From the NCBI GenBank assembly GCA_025935995.1, contig JAICUF010000002.1, forward strand, positions 11,680 to 75,679: a stretch of 64,000 nt of DNA. Reading direction: 5' to 3'. Positions 51,402 to 60,509 of the stretch are shown here, piece after piece. Every line of letters begins with the position of its first letter. Positions within the stretch are counted from its first letter, which is position 1. This stretch comes from Gemmatimonadales bacterium (lineage in GTDB: Bacteria; Gemmatimonadota; Gemmatimonadetes; Gemmatimonadales; GWC2-71-9). The notes below the pieces were generated by a model. That model made no database searches. It was given only the letters and a program-made list of their open reading frames with translations, and was not told the DNA's origin. The position numbers and the translations under genes are program-made.

Positions 51402-52229
51402 TCAACGCCGGAAGGCGGAGTCGAGCTCGTCGAACGCGGTCGCATGCGCGAACCCTCCGAACGTTCCCCGCTCCGCGAGCTCCCGCGCCGCTTCGAGGAA
51501 CGCGCCCCACGCCGTCCTCGCGAGCGCGCCGCCCACGCTGATCCGCCGGACGCCGAGCGCCGCGAGCTCCGCCACCGTGGTGAAGTCGGCGCCAACCAGC
51601 ACATTCACCGGCCGCGGCGCCACCGCCTGCACCACGGCGGCGATGTCGGCCACGGCGCGAAGTCCCGGCGCGTAGAGGCAGTCGGCGCCGGCCTCCGCAT
51701 ACGCCGTGAGGCGGCGGATCGTCTCCGGCAGGTCGGGCCGGCCCGCGATGAAGCCCTCCGACCGGCCGGTCAGGAGCACGCCGGTGCCGCTCGCATCGAT
51801 GGCGTGGCGCGCGGCGCGGATCCTCTCGACGGCGAGGGCGAGATCGAAGAGCGGTTCCGCGGGCTCGCCGGTCGAGTCCTCGATCGAGAGGCCGGCGATG
51901 CCGGTTGCCACCGCCCGCGAGGCGTTCGCGGCCACGTCCTCCGGCTCGACGGCGAAGCCGCCCTCGAAGTCCGCGTTCACCGGTATGCCGACGGCGCCGG
52001 CGATCGCGCGCAGGTTCGCGAGGGTGTCGTCCAGCGGCGTCTCCGTGTCCCGCCGTCCGAGCGACCACGCGAGGCCCGAGCTCGTGGTCGCGAGCGCCGG
52101 AAAACCCAGCTGCTCGAGCAGCCGGGCACTCCCCGCGTCCCACGGATTGGGAATGACGAAGCAGCCGCGCTCGTGCAGCTCCCGAAAGGCGCGAACGCGC
52201 GCCGTCACGACCCCCGCGTCGCCTGCCAC
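51402..52229 (-). CDS. isocitrate lyase/PEP mutase family protein (2-methylisocitrate lyase-like)
   Basis: ...FVIPNPWDAGSARLLEQLGFPALATTSSGLAWSLG...GIPVNADFEGGF...GIAGLSIEDS.... A GTG at 52208 would give a GTGA overlap with the SPFH gene and may be the true start. Confidence 0.85.
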   Translation of the reverse strand: MAGDAGVVTARVRAFRELHERGCFVIPNPWDAGSARLLEQLGFPALATTSSGLAWSLGRRDTETPLDDTLANLRAIAGAVGIPVNADFEGGFAVEPEDVAANASRAVATGIAGLSIEDSTGEPAEPLFDLALAVERIRAARHAIDASGTGVLLTGRSEGFIAGRPDLPETIRRLTAYAEAGADCLYAPGLRAVADIAAVVQAVAPRPVNVLVGADFTTVAELAALGVRRISVGGALARTAWGAFLEAARELAERGTFGGFAHATAFDELDSAFRR

Positions 52230-53116
52230 AGCTCCCTGATCGCGCCGATCGATCCCAGCGCCGCGCTCGCCTCGTACGGCAGGAACACGACCTTCTCCGC
52301 GCCGCCCGCGATGCTCGTGAGCGAGTCGAGGTAGCTCCGCGCGATCAGGTACTGCGCCGGCTGACCCGCGGCGCCGAGCGCCTCCGCGACGACCTTGAGC
52401 GCCTGCGACTCCGCCTCCGCCACCCGGAGCCGGGCGGCCGCGGCCCCCTCGGCGCCCAGGATCGCCGACTGCTTCTGCCCCTCCGCCGTGATGATCGCCG
52501 ACTGCTTGAGCCCCTCCGCGCGGAGGATGGCCGACGCCTTCTCGCCCTCGGCGGTGGTCACCACGGCGCGGCGGCTCCGCTCGGCCGTCATCTGCTTCTC
52601 CATCGTGATCCGGATTTCCTCGGGCGGGGTGATGTTCTTGAGCTCGACCCGCACGATCTTGACGCCCCAGGCCTGCGTCGCCGCGTCGAGCACGGCGCGG
52701 AGCTGGGTGTTGATCGAGTCCCGCGAGGTGAGCGTATGGTCGAGGTCGAGCGAGCCGATCACGTTCCGGAGCGCCGAGAGGGTGAGCTGCTCCAGACCCC
52801 AGTCCAGCTTCTGGATCTCGTAGGTGGCGCGCACCGGATCGGCGATGAGGTAGTAGATCACCGCGTCCACTTCCATCGTCACGTTGTCCTTCGTGATCAC
52901 CTGCTGCGGCTCGATGTTCGTGATCTGCTCGCGGAGGTCGTGGCGCGCGCGCACCGAGTCGAAGAACGGGATGATGACGTTCACGCCCGCGTTGGCCTGG
53001 CTGTGGTAGCGCCCGAGGCGCTCGATGATGAGCACCTGCTTCTGCGCCACGATGCGGAACGACATGACGAGAAGGATCGCGAGCAGGACGGGGACGGCGA
53101 TCAGTGCGTAACCCAC
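52205..53116 (-). CDS. SPFH/band-7 (stomatin-like) protein
   Basis: N-terminal TM helix, then ...IVAQKQVLIIERLGRYH...ITKDNVTMEVDAVIYYLIADPVRATYEI...ALRNVIGSLDLDHTLTSRD...WGVKIVRVELKNI.... Confidence 0.9.
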   Translation of the reverse strand: MGYALIAVPVLLAILLVMSFRIVAQKQVLIIERLGRYHSQANAGVNVIIPFFDSVRARHDLREQITNIEPQQVITKDNVTMEVDAVIYYLIADPVRATYEIQKLDWGLEQLTLSALRNVIGSLDLDHTLTSRDSINTQLRAVLDAATQAWGVKIVRVELKNITPPEEIRITMEKQMTAERSRRAVVTTAEGEKASAILRAEGLKQSAIITAEGQKQSAILGAEGAAAARLRVAEAESQALKVVAEALGAAGQPAQYLIARSYLDSLTSIAGGAEKVVFLPYEASAALGSIGAIRELWQATRGS

Positions 53117-53126
53117 GGACGGCTCC

Positions 53127-53570
53127 TCAGGAACGGGAAGGATGATGCGGCGGCGCGGGCTCGACGACGAGGACGATGCCGTCGGCGCCGGTGACGCGGG
53201 CCATGGCGCCCGCCTCGATCCGGCTGCGGCTCGTGGCGGCCCAGTCCTGGCCGCGGACGGTCACGCGGCCGGTGGCCAGCCGCGGATCCACCGTCTCCGT
53301 CACGAGCGCGGGCGCGCCGTGCAGGTCCTCGGTGCGGGACGGCACACCAAGCCCCGTGAAGCGCCGCAGCAGCGGGCGGCGGAGCAGGAGCGGCAGGGCG
53401 GCCGTCGTCGCGGCAAAGGCGAGGAGCTGCCAGACCGGCGGCACCCCCACGGCGGCGAGGCACGCCGAGAGGAGCGCCCCGAGCGCCGCGAAGAAGAGCA
53501 CGAAGTGCGTAGCCACGAACTCGATGGCGATGGCGAGCGCGGCCACCGCGATCCAGGCCATCGGCATCAT
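53127..53570 (-). CDS. NfeD family membrane protein
   Basis: 147 aa from MMPMAWIAVAALAIAIEF.... TM helices plus a C-terminal OB-like ...GRVTVRGQDWAATS...GAMARVTGADGIVLVVEP. It sits upstream of the SPFH gene, the classic NfeD-SPFH operon layout. Confidence 0.8.
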   Translation of the reverse strand: MMPMAWIAVAALAIAIEFVATHFVLFFAALGALLSACLAAVGVPPVWQLLAFAATTAALPLLLRRPLLRRFTGLGVPSRTEDLHGAPALVTETVDPRLATGRVTVRGQDWAATSRSRIEAGAMARVTGADGIVLVVEPAPPHHPSRS

Positions 53571-53735
53571 GCGCCGCCGCCTCCGCGCGAGTGGGGAATC
53601 CGGGATCTCGAAGGGACGCCTGAAAGGTGCGTCGCTCCGGTGCCGCGCGCCACTGCCGCCGGGACGCCGTGGCCGCCACGCCGCCGGCGTGTTCCGCGAC
53701 ACCGGCCGATCATGCGGGCGGCCTTATGCTGGCGC

Positions 53736-56264
53736 ATGGCCAGAACGACATCCGCGCCGGACAGCGGCTTCGTGCAGGTTCGCGGCGCGCGCGAGCACAA
53801 CCTGAAGGACGTGGATCTCGACATCCCGCGCGATGCGCTCGTCGTCTTCACCGGCGTCTCCGGGTCGGGCAAGTCCTCCCTCGCCTTCGGCACCCTCTAC
53901 GCCGAAGCGCAGCGGCGGTACCTCGAGTCGGTGGCGCCGTATGCGCGGCGGCTCTTCCACCAGCAGGGGGTGCCGGAGGTCCGCTCGATCGACGGGCTGC
54001 CGCCGGCGGTCGCGCTGCAGCAGCAGCGCGGCTCCCCCACGACCCGTTCGTCGGTCGGCAGCGTCACGACGCTCTCCAACCTCCTCCGGATGCTGTACTC
54101 GCGGGCCGGACGCTATCCGGCCCGCCGGGAGATGCTGCATGCCGAGGCATTCTCGCCCAACACGCCGGAAGGGGCGTGCCCGCGATGCCACGGGCTCGGC
54201 CGCGTCTACGAGGTGACCGAGCGGACCATGGTGCCTGACGACTCGCTCACGATCCGCGAGCGGGCGATCGCCGCCTGGCCACCGGCCTGGCACGGACAGA
54301 ATCTCCGCGACATCCTGGTGACGCTGGGCTATGACGTGGACACGCCCTGGCGCGAGCTGCCGAAGAAGGACCGCGACTGGATCCTCTTCACCGAGGAAAC
54401 GCCCACCGTGCCCGTCTACGCCGGGTACGAGCCGCACGAGGTGCGTCGGGCCCTCACGCGGAAGGAGGAGCCCAGCTACATGGGCACCTTCACCGGCGCC
54501 AGGAAGTACGTCCTGCAGACCTTCGCCACCACGCAGAGCGCCACGATGAAGAAGCGCGTGGCGCGGTACATGGTGAGCAGCGAGTGCCCGGTCTGCGGAG
54601 GGAAGCGGCTCCGCAGGGAGTCGCTCGAGGTGACCTTCGCGGGACTCGACATCGCGGAGATGTCGCGCCTGCCGCTCAAGCGGCTGGCCGGTCTGCTCGA
54701 GCCCTTCGCCGATCCCGACTCGCCGCCGCTCCGGCGGATCGCGGTGGAGCATCCGGAGACCGCGGTCGTCACCTGCCGCATCTCCGCCGATCTGCTCGCC
54801 CGGATCGCCGTCCTCCTCGACCTCGGGCTCGGCTACCTCACGCTCGAGCGAAGCACGCCGACGCTCTCGCCCGGCGAGCTGCAGCGGCTCCGGCTCGCCA
54901 CGCAGGTCCGCTCCAATCTCTTCGGCGTCGTGTACGTCCTCGACGAGCCGTCGGCCGGCCTGCATCCGGCGGATACCCAGGCCCTGCTCGGCGCACTCGA
55001 CGGGCTCAAGGCGGCCGGCAACTCGCTCTTCGTGGTGGAGCACGAGCTCGACGTGATGCGCCACGCCGACTGGCTCGTGGACGTCGGCCCCGAGGCCGGC
55101 CAGCACGGAGGCGAGATCCTCTACAGCGGTCCGCCGGCCGGCCTCGCCGACGTTGCGGCATCGCGCACGCGTCGCTTCCTCTTCGGCTCGCAGGCGGTGG
55201 CGCCTCGCGCGCCGCGGGAGCCGGCGGGCTGGCTCCGGCTCGAGGACGTCACCCGCAACAACCTCGTGCACCTCGACGTCGCCATCCCGCTCGGCGTCTT
55301 CACCACGGTGACGGGCGTGTCGGGCTCGGGGAAGTCGAGTCTGGTCGGCCAGGCGCTGGTGGAGCTGGTGGCGGACGCACTGGGACATGAGGCGCCGGCG
55401 CTCGACGACGAAGGTGAAGAGCTGGAGCGGACGGTGGTCGAGACCCTCGGCGGGCACATCACCGCCGGCCTCGATCTCGTGACGCGGCTCGTGCGGGTGG
55501 ACCAGAAGCCCATCGGCCGGACGCCGCGCTCGAATCTCGCGACCTACACCGGCCTGTTCGATCACGTCCGGAGGCTCTTTGCCGCGACCAAGGCGGCGCG
55601 GGCCCGGCGCTACGACGCCGGCCGGTTCTCGTTCAACGTCGCGAAGGGGCGCTGCGAAACCTGCGAGGGCGAAGGGTTCGTCTTCGTCGAGCTGCTCTTC
55701 CTGCCGAGCGTCTATGCACCCTGTCCCACCTGCCACGGGACGCGCTACAACGCGAAGACGCTGGAGATCACCTGGCGCGGCAGGAACATCGCCGAGGTGC
55801 TTGGCCTCACGGTGGACGACGCGCGGGAATTCTTCGCGGAGGAGCCGGCCGTTTCCCACCCGCTCGAGGTGCTGCAGCAGGTCGGGCTCGGCTACCTCCG
55901 GCTCGGGCAGCCGGCCACCGAGCTCTCGGGCGGCGAGGCGCAGCGCATCAAGCTCGCGGCGGAGCTCCAGCGGGCGCACCGCGGCAACACGCTCTACGTG
56001 CTCGACGAGCCGACCACCGGGCTCCATCCCGCGGATGTCGAGAAGCTGATGGTGCAGCTCGACGGGCTGGTGGACGCGGGGAACAGCGTGGTGGTGGTGG
56101 AGCACGACATGCGGGTGGTGGCGGGGAGCGACTGGGTGATCGACATGGGTCCCGGCGCCGGCGACGAAGGCGGACGCATCGTGGCCGAAGGGACGCCGGC
56201 CGAGGTGGGGCGCGCCCGCGCGAGCCGGACCGCGCCATTCCTGGCGCCGTACCTCCCGCGCTAG
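53736..56264 (+). CDS. UvrA-like excinuclease ATPase, class II paralogue (no UvrB-binding domain)
   Basis: ...VRGAREHNLKDVDLDIPRDALVVFTGVSGSGKSSLAFGTLYAEAQRRYLES... Only about 30 aa separate ...LLRMLYSRAG from the zinc module CPRCHGLG. Second ATPase ...VTGVSGSGKSSL.... Signature LSGGE appears twice. About 842 aa. Alternative start at 53712. Confidence 0.9.
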   Translation: MARTTSAPDSGFVQVRGAREHNLKDVDLDIPRDALVVFTGVSGSGKSSLAFGTLYAEAQRRYLESVAPYARRLFHQQGVPEVRSIDGLPPAVALQQQRGSPTTRSSVGSVTTLSNLLRMLYSRAGRYPARREMLHAEAFSPNTPEGACPRCHGLGRVYEVTERTMVPDDSLTIRERAIAAWPPAWHGQNLRDILVTLGYDVDTPWRELPKKDRDWILFTEETPTVPVYAGYEPHEVRRALTRKEEPSYMGTFTGARKYVLQTFATTQSATMKKRVARYMVSSECPVCGGKRLRRESLEVTFAGLDIAEMSRLPLKRLAGLLEPFADPDSPPLRRIAVEHPETAVVTCRISADLLARIAVLLDLGLGYLTLERSTPTLSPGELQRLRLATQVRSNLFGVVYVLDEPSAGLHPADTQALLGALDGLKAAGNSLFVVEHELDVMRHADWLVDVGPEAGQHGGEILYSGPPAGLADVAASRTRRFLFGSQAVAPRAPREPAGWLRLEDVTRNNLVHLDVAIPLGVFTTVTGVSGSGKSSLVGQALVELVADALGHEAPALDDEGEELERTVVETLGGHITAGLDLVTRLVRVDQKPIGRTPRSNLATYTGLFDHVRRLFAATKAARARRYDAGRFSFNVAKGRCETCEGEGFVFVELLFLPSVYAPCPTCHGTRYNAKTLEITWRGRNIAEVLGLTVDDAREFFAEEPAVSHPLEVLQQVGLGYLRLGQPATELSGGEAQRIKLAAELQRAHRGNTLYVLDEPTTGLHPADVEKLMVQLDGLVDAGNSVVVVEHDMRVVAGSDWVIDMGPGAGDEGGRIVAEGTPAEVGRARASRTAPFLAPYLPR

Positions 56265-56801
56265 TCAGGCATCGCCGCGCGCGGCGCGATCGACGTCGGC
56301 GACGCGGCGGGCGGCCAGCGCCGGGTCGATCGCCGGCGCGATCTCGGCGTCGGCCAGCTCGAGCGCGGCGCGCGCGCGCTCGACCACCGGCCCTCCATCG
56401 GGCACCCGCTCGCCGAACTCGATCTCCGCCTCGCGGCAGAAGCGCTCCTGGGCCGGGCTGTCGTCGAGCGACTGGCCCATCGCGTGCAGCCGCGCGTGCA
56501 TCCCCTCATGCAGAATGGTCGACGCCACCTGGGCCAGCGAGAACGAGCGGTTCACCACGAAGGTGAGCTCCACCATGCAGAGCCGCTCGGCGATGAGGTA
56601 GGCCCCGCGATAGGCGCGCCGCTCGACCAGAATGCCGCGGAAGTCGCGGCGAAGGTTGGCGAAATGCTCCGGTACGAACCGCTCGAGCAGCGCGAGCGCC
56701 CCGTCGAGCCGGCCGAACACGTCCTCCGTATCGATGTCGGGCCGGGTGTTGATGACCACCGCCGGCAGGCCGCGGACAACACGCTCGATCCGTTCAGTCA
56801 T
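56265..56801 (-). CDS. hypothetical protein with HExxH motif
   Basis: 178 aa from the ATG at 56801 (GGAGAG upstream): ...VASTILHEGMHARLHAMG.... No family recognised. Its stop abuts the uvrA-like stop. Confidence 0.5.
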   Translation of the reverse strand: MTERIERVVRGLPAVVINTRPDIDTEDVFGRLDGALALLERFVPEHFANLRRDFRGILVERRAYRGAYLIAERLCMVELTFVVNRSFSLAQVASTILHEGMHARLHAMGQSLDDSPAQERFCREAEIEFGERVPDGGPVVERARAALELADAEIAPAIDPALAARRVADVDRAARGDA

Positions 56802-56867
56802 CTCGCTCTCCCCGGCCGCCGGGTTCGGGTCACGCTCAGGGAACGGCCGGCCGCTACACTTCGCCCC

Positions 56868-57359
56868 ATGACACACCTGCACGCGATCATCGCCGCCGCC
56901 GCGATCGCCGCTACCGGCGCCCTCGCGGCCGCGCCGCTCCACGCTCAGATCCCGCGGGCGCGGCCCTGGAAACTTACGCTCGCCGGCGAGGCACTGCACT
57001 CCGGCGCCTGGGGTTTCGGCCCGCACCTCTCGATCCGCCGCGACCTCGGGGCTCACTGGGGCGTCGAGCTCACCGCCGCGCTGCCGGCCTTCGGATCGAA
57101 CAACGGGGGCGCCGCCGTGGATCTGGCCGCCACGTACGCGACGCTCGACGGCCCGACCGAGCTGGGCGGCACGCTGGGCGTCAGCGGCTTTCTGGTGGGC
57201 GATGCATCGGAGTTCACCGGCGGCGGCGTCGGCGTGATCGCGGGGGGGCACGTGACGCAGTGGGTCGCGCCGGCGCTCGGGTTCACCGCCGGCGCGACCA
57301 TCCGCATCGCGATGGGAGCCTATCCATCCTTGTATGCCGGGCTCACGCTGCGACTCTGA
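56868..57359 (+). CDS. hypothetical secreted/outer-membrane Gly-rich protein
   Basis: Signal peptide MTHLHAIIAAAAIAATGALAAAPLHAQ. Alternating Gly/Ala/Thr beta-strand-like repeats, ending ...LYAGLTLRL. Confidence 0.5.
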   Translation: MTHLHAIIAAAAIAATGALAAAPLHAQIPRARPWKLTLAGEALHSGAWGFGPHLSIRRDLGAHWGVELTAALPAFGSNNGGAAVDLAATYATLDGPTELGGTLGVSGFLVGDASEFTGGGVGVIAGGHVTQWVAPALGFTAGATIRIAMGAYPSLYAGLTLRL

Positions 57360-57367
57360 CGGCGTTG

Positions 57368-57928
57368 CTACCGCGGCCAGAGCCAGCCGAAGGTACCGGC
57401 CGTGAGCAGCGCGTAGATGAGGCCGTCGATGGTCGAGGTGAGGGTGACGCGCGTCGAGCGGTGGTACCAGATCGCCAGCTGCCAGAGCGCCAGCGCATAA
57501 CCCATGAACGCCGCCATCCCGACGACGCGGAACACGCTGAGATAGGGTGCTCCCACCCGCAACGCGTAGCAGGCGATCCACGCCGAGAAGGCGCCCACGA
57601 CGAGGATGTAGACGAGCCAGGCCCCCAGCTCCTTTCCCATGCCCATCACGCCGTTGGGCCGCACGGTCATGATCATGACGGGCCCTTCCGTCATCTTCGC
57701 CTTGAACTCCGGCGACTTCATCTCGGCCATGCTGTCGCAGCGGGGGACCAGGTAGTCGCCCGGCGGGATGGCCAGGGGGCCGACCGCCGAGCGGAAGCGC
57801 GGCTCGTCGGGCAGGCGCGAGAAGTCGCCCTTGTGCCAGGGGAGCAGCATGTGGATGACGGAGCTTGCCACCCACACGATGGCCGACGACAGCAGAATCG
57901 GAACGACGAGCCCCGCGAGCCCGACCAT
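57368..57928 (-). CDS. hypothetical membrane protein
   Basis: 186-aa ORF with four hydrophobic helices and a central soluble loop (...[24 protein letters not shown]...). No family recognised. Confidence 0.55.
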   Translation of the reverse strand: MVGLAGLVVPILLSSAIVWVASSVIHMLLPWHKGDFSRLPDEPRFRSAVGPLAIPPGDYLVPRCDSMAEMKSPEFKAKMTEGPVMIMTVRPNGVMGMGKELGAWLVYILVVGAFSAWIACYALRVGAPYLSVFRVVGMAAFMGYALALWQLAIWYHRSTRVTLTSTIDGLIYALLTAGTFGWLWPR

Positions 57929-58008
57929 GCGTCACTCCTTGTGAGGGGGAGGCGAAGTCGGGAGAAGCTACGGCGCGGTCCGGGGGCCGGTAAGACCCGG
58001 CGGCGCGC

Positions 58009-58494
58009 TCAGAACCGCTGGTGGATGGCGCCGGACAGGAGGTGGAAGAGCCAGTACCCGAGGAACCCGGCGCCGACGAGCATCAGGAGAAGCCCGACGC
58101 CGAGCACCACGGCGAAGCGCCGGTTGGCGGTGCGGGTCTCGACCGGCTGGACGGCGTGGCGCTCGAGCAGCGCGATGTTCCGGTCGTTGGCTTTCCAGGC
58201 GACATCGAAGAGCACGCCCAGACCCGGGATCGCGCCGGCCAGCGCGTCCACGCCGATGTTCCAGAGCATGCGGAGCAAGGTGGCTTTCGAGGCGCCCATC
58301 CGTGCGGCCTCGAGCAGGATGAAGCTGGAGAAGCCGACGCCCGCGACATCTCCCAGGACCGGCACGATGTCCATCACCGCGTCGAGGCCGAAGCGGATCG
58401 GCGTGCCGGGGATCCGGATCCGGGAGTCGAGCCAGCGCGAGAGGGTCCGGAGCCGGTCGAGGCGTGCATCCCGCACCACGACGCGGTCAGCCAC
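58009..58494 (-). CDS. DUF4112 domain membrane protein
   Basis: ...LSRWLDSRIRIPGTPIRFGLDAVMDIVPVLGDVAGVGFSSFILLEAARMGASKATLLRMLWNIGVDALAGAIPGLGVLFDVAWKANDRN... matches the DUF4112 pattern. Confidence 0.75.
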   Translation of the reverse strand: MADRVVVRDARLDRLRTLSRWLDSRIRIPGTPIRFGLDAVMDIVPVLGDVAGVGFSSFILLEAARMGASKATLLRMLWNIGVDALAGAIPGLGVLFDVAWKANDRNIALLERHAVQPVETRTANRRFAVVLGVGLLLMLVGAGFLGYWLFHLLSGAIHQRF

Positions 58495-59047
58495 GGTACT
58501 CTCGCCGGAGGATCGCGTAGGCCTCGATGTCCTCGTACCGTCCCCATTTCTTCACATGCTCGCGGATCCGCCCCTCGTGCGTCATCCCGAGCTTCTGCAT
58601 CACGCGGCCGGAGGCCGGGTTCCGCGTCAGGTGGTGGGCCTGGATGCGATTGAGACCCAGCGTCTCGAACCCGTAACGCACCAGCGTCGTCGCGGCCTCG
58701 GTGATGTACCCGCGGCCCCACCACGGGCGTCCCACCCAGTAGCCCAGCTCGCCGCGGTCGTGCGGCGGCGAGAGCCGGAGCGCGATCGAGCCGACCAGGG
58801 TGCCGGTCTCCCGCTCCACCAGCGCCAGCGTGATCCCTTCGCCGGCGGCCGCGAGCATGGCGTGACTCCGGATCCACGACTCCGCCATCTCCGGCTCGTA
58901 CGGATGCGGGATGTTGAGCGTGGTGGAGGCCACGTCCCACTCCCTCACATGCTCGTACACGGCCGGCGCGTCGGCCTGCGTGAAGGGCCGCAGGATGAGC
59001 CGTTCGGTCTCGAAGGTGGGAAACGCCGGCGGCCGCGTGATCGTCAT
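58487..59047 (-). CDS. GNAT family N-acetyltransferase (RimJ/RimL-like)
   Basis: ...FETERLILRPFTQADAPAVYEHV...GELGYWVGRPWWGRGYITEAATTLVRYGFETLGLNRIQAHHLTRNPASGRVMQKLGM.... ATGA overlap with kynA. Confidence 0.85.
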   Translation of the reverse strand: MTITRPPAFPTFETERLILRPFTQADAPAVYEHVREWDVASTTLNIPHPYEPEMAESWIRSHAMLAAAGEGITLALVERETGTLVGSIALRLSPPHDRGELGYWVGRPWWGRGYITEAATTLVRYGFETLGLNRIQAHHLTRNPASGRVMQKLGMTHEGRIREHVKKWGRYEDIEAYAILRREYRG

Positions 59048-59847
59048 GCGCTTCCCAGCCGGGTCCGCATCTCCCACAGCTCGGGGAAGAGCCGGCGGCC
59101 CACCGTGCCGCGCAGGTAGGCGGCGCCGTCGCTTCCTCCCGTGCCCGGGCGCCCGCCGATCACCCGCTCCACCATCTGCACGTGCCGGAAGCGCCAGAGC
59201 GCGAAGAGCTCGTCGTACTCGGTGAGGGCTTCCGCCAGGAGGAAGAGATCGTAATGCGGCGTCGGCTCGCGATAGAGCGCGACGAGCGCGGCGACCAGGC
59301 GCTCGTCACCGGGCGCGCCGGCGGCCGGCGCGTCGAAGCCGCGGCGCCGGAGCAGGGCGAGAAAGGCGTCACGCAGCGTGGGCTCGGCCAGCCGGCGGGA
59401 GAGCTGGCCGTGCTCCGGCGATCCCGGCTCGTAGTTCGCGAGGAACTTCTCCTCCTTGAGACCCGACAGGAACTCGATCTCGCGGAACTGCGACGACTGA
59501 AAGCCGCTCGCCGGCATGAGGTGATCGCGGAAGCTGAGGAAGTCCATCGGCGTCATCGTCTCGAGCACGGTGAGCTGCGAGACCAGTACCCGCTGAATCT
59601 CGTGGCACCGCTTGAGGAGCCGCGTCCCGGCGAGAATCTCGTCCCGGTCGAGGCAGCGCACGACGGCGTCCACCTCGTGCAGGATCTGCTTGAACCAGAG
59701 CTCGTAGGTCTGGTGGATGATGATGAAGAGGGTCTCGTCGTGCTGCGCGGGATCCGACTTGAGCTCCTGGAGCGCCGTGAGCTCGCGGACCCGGAGGTAC
59801 CCGCCGTAGGTGAGCTTCTGCTGGCTGTCGGGAAGACCGAACGGCAT
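59044..59847 (-). CDS. kynA: tryptophan 2,3-dioxygenase
   Basis: ...LTYGGYLRVRELTALQ...HDETLFIIIHQTYELWFKQILHEVD...MTPMDFLSFRDHLMPASGFQSSQFREIEF... is collinear with bacterial TDO. Confidence 0.9.
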   Translation of the reverse strand: MPFGLPDSQQKLTYGGYLRVRELTALQELKSDPAQHDETLFIIIHQTYELWFKQILHEVDAVVRCLDRDEILAGTRLLKRCHEIQRVLVSQLTVLETMTPMDFLSFRDHLMPASGFQSSQFREIEFLSGLKEEKFLANYEPGSPEHGQLSRRLAEPTLRDAFLALLRRRGFDAPAAGAPGDERLVAALVALYREPTPHYDLFLLAEALTEYDELFALWRFRHVQMVERVIGGRPGTGGSDGAAYLRGTVGRRLFPELWEMRTRLGSA

Positions 59848-59897
59848 GAGCGCCTCGGGAAATCGTTAATGCGCGAGTCGGAAGATAAGGCCGCGCG

Positions 59898-60509
59898 TCA
59901 GCGCTTCGCGATGCCCAGCGCCGCGAGCGCCGCCGGTTCGGCCAGGCGCGCCCATTCGGTGTACATGCGGGCGGACGGGTGCAGGCCGTCGGCCCCGAGG
60001 AAGTCGGGGAGCGCGCCCAGACGTCGGGAGACGGTCGTGACGTCGACCCAGGCCGCGCGGCGCTCGGCCGTTTCCCGCCGGGCGACCTCGTTGAAGCGGT
60101 CGAGCTGCGCGGCGATCGCGTCCAGGTCGCGACCCGCGGCGAAGGGTGTCACGCTCCAGTCGGGGATGGACAGAACCAGGACGCGGCGCGAGCGCCCGCC
60201 CGCAAAGGCGATGGCGCGCTCGAGCAGCTTCCGGAATTCCGCGCGGTACTCGCCCAGGAGCCCGCCGCGGTACTGGTTGTTGACGCCGATCAGGAGCGAG
60301 ACCAGCTCGAACGGGCCGGCCGGCGCCGCGGCGGCGATCCCCGCGAGCAGCTCTCCCGTGGTCCAGCCCGTGGCGGCGACGATCTCGGGCGGGTCGAGCT
60401 CGATGCCGCTCCGGCTGAGCGAGGCCTGCAGCTGAAACGGCCAGCTGTCGGCGGGGGCGACGCCTTCGCCGATGGTGTACGAATCGCCGAGGGCGAGGAA
60501 GCGTCTCAT
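59898..60509 (-). CDS. SGNH/GDSL hydrolase family protein
   Basis: Start MRRFLALGDSYTIGEG (block I, GDS). ...LIGVNNQY... (block III). ...DGLHPS... (block V, DxxH). Confidence 0.8.
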   Translation of the reverse strand: MRRFLALGDSYTIGEGVAPADSWPFQLQASLSRSGIELDPPEIVAATGWTTGELLAGIAAAAPAGPFELVSLLIGVNNQYRGGLLGEYRAEFRKLLERAIAFAGGRSRRVLVLSIPDWSVTPFAAGRDLDAIAAQLDRFNEVARRETAERRAAWVDVTTVSRRLGALPDFLGADGLHPSARMYTEWARLAEPAALAALGIAKR

